A program made the translations under genes and the position numbers. The notes under the pieces were generated by a model. The model made no database searches. It saw only the letters and a program-made list of their open reading frames with translations, and had not been told where the DNA came from. 64,000 nt of DNA from Basidiobolus meristosporus CBS 931.73 (taxonomy: Eukaryota > Fungi > Basidiobolomycota): contig MCFE01000127.1 in the NCBI GenBank assembly GCA_002104905.1, positions 62,001-126,000 on the forward strand. Direction: 5' to 3'. Positions 57,139 to 64,000 of this stretch are shown piece by piece; the first letter of the stretch is position 1; the number at the start of each line of letters is the position of its first letter.

Positions 57139-58133
57139 TTATAATTGCTCCATGGAGCCGATTTTGTGGCCGACGTAAGTGGTTTTCCATGCAGGAGCGT
57201 ATCGGAAAATAGGCCATTCAAAAAAGAACACCGCCTTCGACCATAATGGCAGTCTAATATACAAATCTGAAGGCATAGGGATGAGCAGAGAGGTTCTATC
57301 AAGGTAGTCCTTGTAGGCGGAGAACTCGGGGCTCTCGTAGAATTTCTGTTGAGTGGATTTTTCTCTTTGCAACACGCCGGTTACAAAGAAAAGGCTGAAA
57401 ACTACAGTTATTGGGCTAAGGATGGAGACCCAATTGGTGGCCAATCCGGCGCTGATGGTGGGCTGCAGACAAAGTAGGAACATCCCCCACCAGGTTAGGA
57501 TTTCTCCGAGGTAATTCGGATACCTGGAGTAGGACCACAAGCCAGACTTGAGTATCTCAAGCTGGCCGAAGCGCTGGCTATAATGTTGATTCCTCTGGAA
57601 ATCGGCAACTAAATGAGCGTTAGTTATGACCAATCGATCAATGGATGGAATTGCGTGCCATACATACCGGCCCTGAATGTAAACCCGACTATCCAGAGGA
57701 TCAAGCCCAAGATATCGGTGACACTGCCAAAAGTGGGATTGCCACCGGCAGAAGGAGAATTCAGCATAGTGAAGGGTAGGGAAACTGCCCAAACCCAGAA
57801 GATTTGTAGAAGAGTGAATGACAAGTGGGAGAAGCATTTCACCTCCGCCTCGTCGTCCATCTGTGCATTATGGATTACCCGGAATATTTGATCCCCGGCG
57901 GCACGAAGGCCCCAAAAAACAACCAGAACAAATGCGATGATCTGTCTGGTGCTGTAGGTTTGGGCCAAAAGGAACGTCAACAAGGCAAGGAGGATGAAAT
58001 TGACGCTCCCGGCGAACAGTTTGAATTTCTCGACCCTAGCCACGAACGCGGTGAGGGAAAAGATCAGCTGATATGCTGCAACAACGAGTGCAGTAATAGC
58101 TAAGTAACGATCGTCCAATAGTTCAACACCCAT
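57139..58133 (-). CDS. DUF1295 / steroid 5-alpha-reductase-like membrane protein
   Basis: The two overlapping ORFs join through one GT-AG intron (about 57610-57668): GFTFRA|VADFQR. Also GLWSYSRYPNYLGEILTWWG and RTSLLIPMP. Confidence 0.85.
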
Positions 58134-59285
58134 CTTTCAGTTAGAAAAGTTAGTTTGGTACGTTTAAGATATTACAAATGAGCAGGGTGTGGTGTAGTCA
58201 GCAGAATGCCTAGTTATATACGTTTCCAAGCCGTTGCGAGCTGAACAAGGGTAAATTGATGAAAAATCCGTGATTGTCCCGAAACATCGATCCTGCTGGA
58301 TTCTTATACCCTTAATCTCCTCAAACTCTTAAATTGATCTAGGAGTTTGTGTTGTACTTGCATCCGCGTTGTCTACGCCGACAATAATTCTTCGAAGTGA
58401 CATGGAACGTTCTAATGAAGATATCATTATCACCCAAACTGAGACCGCCTTTAATTAGAGTGAGACAACGGTCGCTTGACTGATTAGAACAAGGCGGCGC
58501 TTATTTGCATTCTCTAAGACAGGTATTTTTTATTGCCTGGTTTCGCTCAGTGGACACAAAGCTCGATGCCGAACTGATTGTGTAACTGCATTCAAGCTGT
58601 TAAGAATGATGGCTATTTGTAATACGTATGGAGTTGTTGGTCAAGATACATAGCACCACGTGTACAGTCAGCTCGCCTTTTGCATGATGAGTAGTCTGGA
58701 TGATTGCATGGAAAATCTCAAATGGAAATGCAGCCTCCACGGACACTTGGTCAATTCCCAAATATAAATCGGTTTCACGATCTTACACACACTTGGAATC
58801 GTTAAATCTTCATTTTGGTGTACTATTTACGAGCTCTGTCCATCCATTCTCTATGCGGTGCGTCGAAGAAATGGGTTCACGTTACCCAACATCCGTCTGA
58901 CCACTTGGCATAACTGATAAGCGCTTGTATCTGGTCCTGCTTTCCTCTGTGCCAAGATACTTCGCATGAATAAAGCTTTGGGAATTTAGAAAAAATTGGG
59001 TATATATGCTCTGGTCTATGTTAGGACTCGTAATGTGTTCCGAATACTTTTATATACATGTCAAACTAAAACCTCATATAACTCTATGTTACGATTACCA
59101 ACCGGTAGACAATACTCCAGATACTGGAATTTAGTAGAAATATATATTTATAACACCGCGTTTTTTAAGGATACTTCACAATCTAAATCTACTTGCCACC
59201 TAAAGAGTGAGTGAATTCCGAACGCAAGAATCATAAGGGATTCCAGAATTTCGCATGCACAATGATTTCTAATATTCAGCCCAAG

Positions 59286-63117
<3,832 letters not shown>

Positions 63118-64000
63118 TTGCATCATGAGGTTTATATATCTTGTACATTGGCGGTAGATCTAAGATAGAATCGAATCCATCCTTGAAGATATCCGGTATG
63201 ATTTTGGGTTGCAGCTCAAGCTCACCACCCTCTGTTCCATAGATTTTTATCATCGGAGTGATACTTGTTCTGCGTAGTACCGGTATATCACCACCACATA
63301 CATTTCTAAATCATACTTACGGAATAAACCTGGAATTCTCTTCGATCATGGTTTTCTCACACCACAGAGTCTGCTCTTATTGGGTTGAAATTGTGTCAAC
63401 TATTCTTGTAGACATAATGATGTATTAAATATATGGAAGTTGTAGAGCAATAGGTCGCACATAATACAGCAGCCATTCCAACCATGACCAAGGAATTAGT
63501 ACAGCAAGCAATAGCCTTAGTCAGGGTCCTTCTCCATGATATTTGGCCAACTTCTGGTTTTGTAAGCCAGTGCTTCACGCTTCCTATTGATTTCTAGCCT
63601 GCGCTCGTCGTTAGTTGATTTCCCTCTCTTGAACAATTCTCCACTTCGCAATCAACTGGCATTGGGGAAATCTGGCAATAACCATTCGGAATACACAATG
63701 CGATGGGTAGCGGAGGTTGTTTTACCCCCATAATGGGTATATTGCGATATGGCCACCGGCATCCATCAAGAAGCATTGCTCCATGGCGAAACGTTGATGA
63801 AGTTAATTGATCAATATGGGGATTGACTATCGATCCGTCAAGTTGGCTTCAGGATTTGCTGCTGGTTTATGATGGCCATGGCAAATCTATGTTTCTCCAC
63901 CATCGCGGTCACATCTCCATATTGATCTAACACTATCGTAGATGCACCAACTCCATCTACCCATGCGTCTAATATCCATTCATACACATTGAACAGCTGT

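Noticed and set aside
58685-58900. ATGATGA followed by a distant CTGA, and short ORFs in the DUF1295-PRP16 spacer
   Set aside because: The boxes are over 200 nt apart with no recognisable guide, and no reading frame gave a recognisable protein.
63430-63800. Resemblance of WMPV...DPD...GHGWNGCCIMC to CACTA/Plavaka transposase motifs
   Set aside because: Only motif spacing is similar; there is no DDE core, TIR or target-site duplication, so no mobile element is called.

Overview
Gene-dense, intron-rich eukaryotic DNA from a fungus, most likely an early-diverging lineage (Zoopagomycota/Mucoromycota-like). That placement is inferred from the short GT-AG introns, fungal CreA/Crh/GUP1/NsdD-type genes, and an apparent minor-spliceosome intron plus a Muted-like gene; no database search was run. 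I reconstruct 27 apparently intact protein-coding genes by hand-splicing, several missed or fragmented by the ORF track: a mitochondrial-type protein at the left edge, a CHZ-domain protein, RPL39, mitochondrial thioredoxin and a BLOC1S5/Muted-like gene. Most are housekeeping genes (RAD51, SAD1/USP39, IDP1, NIMA kinase, RPS17, SOF1, NAP1, TRZ1, TAO3, GUP1, DGAT1, DPP-IV). The right end holds an intron-retaining, heavily decayed PRP16/DHX38 pseudogene carrying a candidate U12-type intron with near-consensus signals. I found no tRNA, rRNA, CRISPR array or intact mobile element, and no multi-gene novel system that I can support. The best leads are the U12 intron, the PRP16 relic, the Muted-like gene and two orphan intronless proteins.
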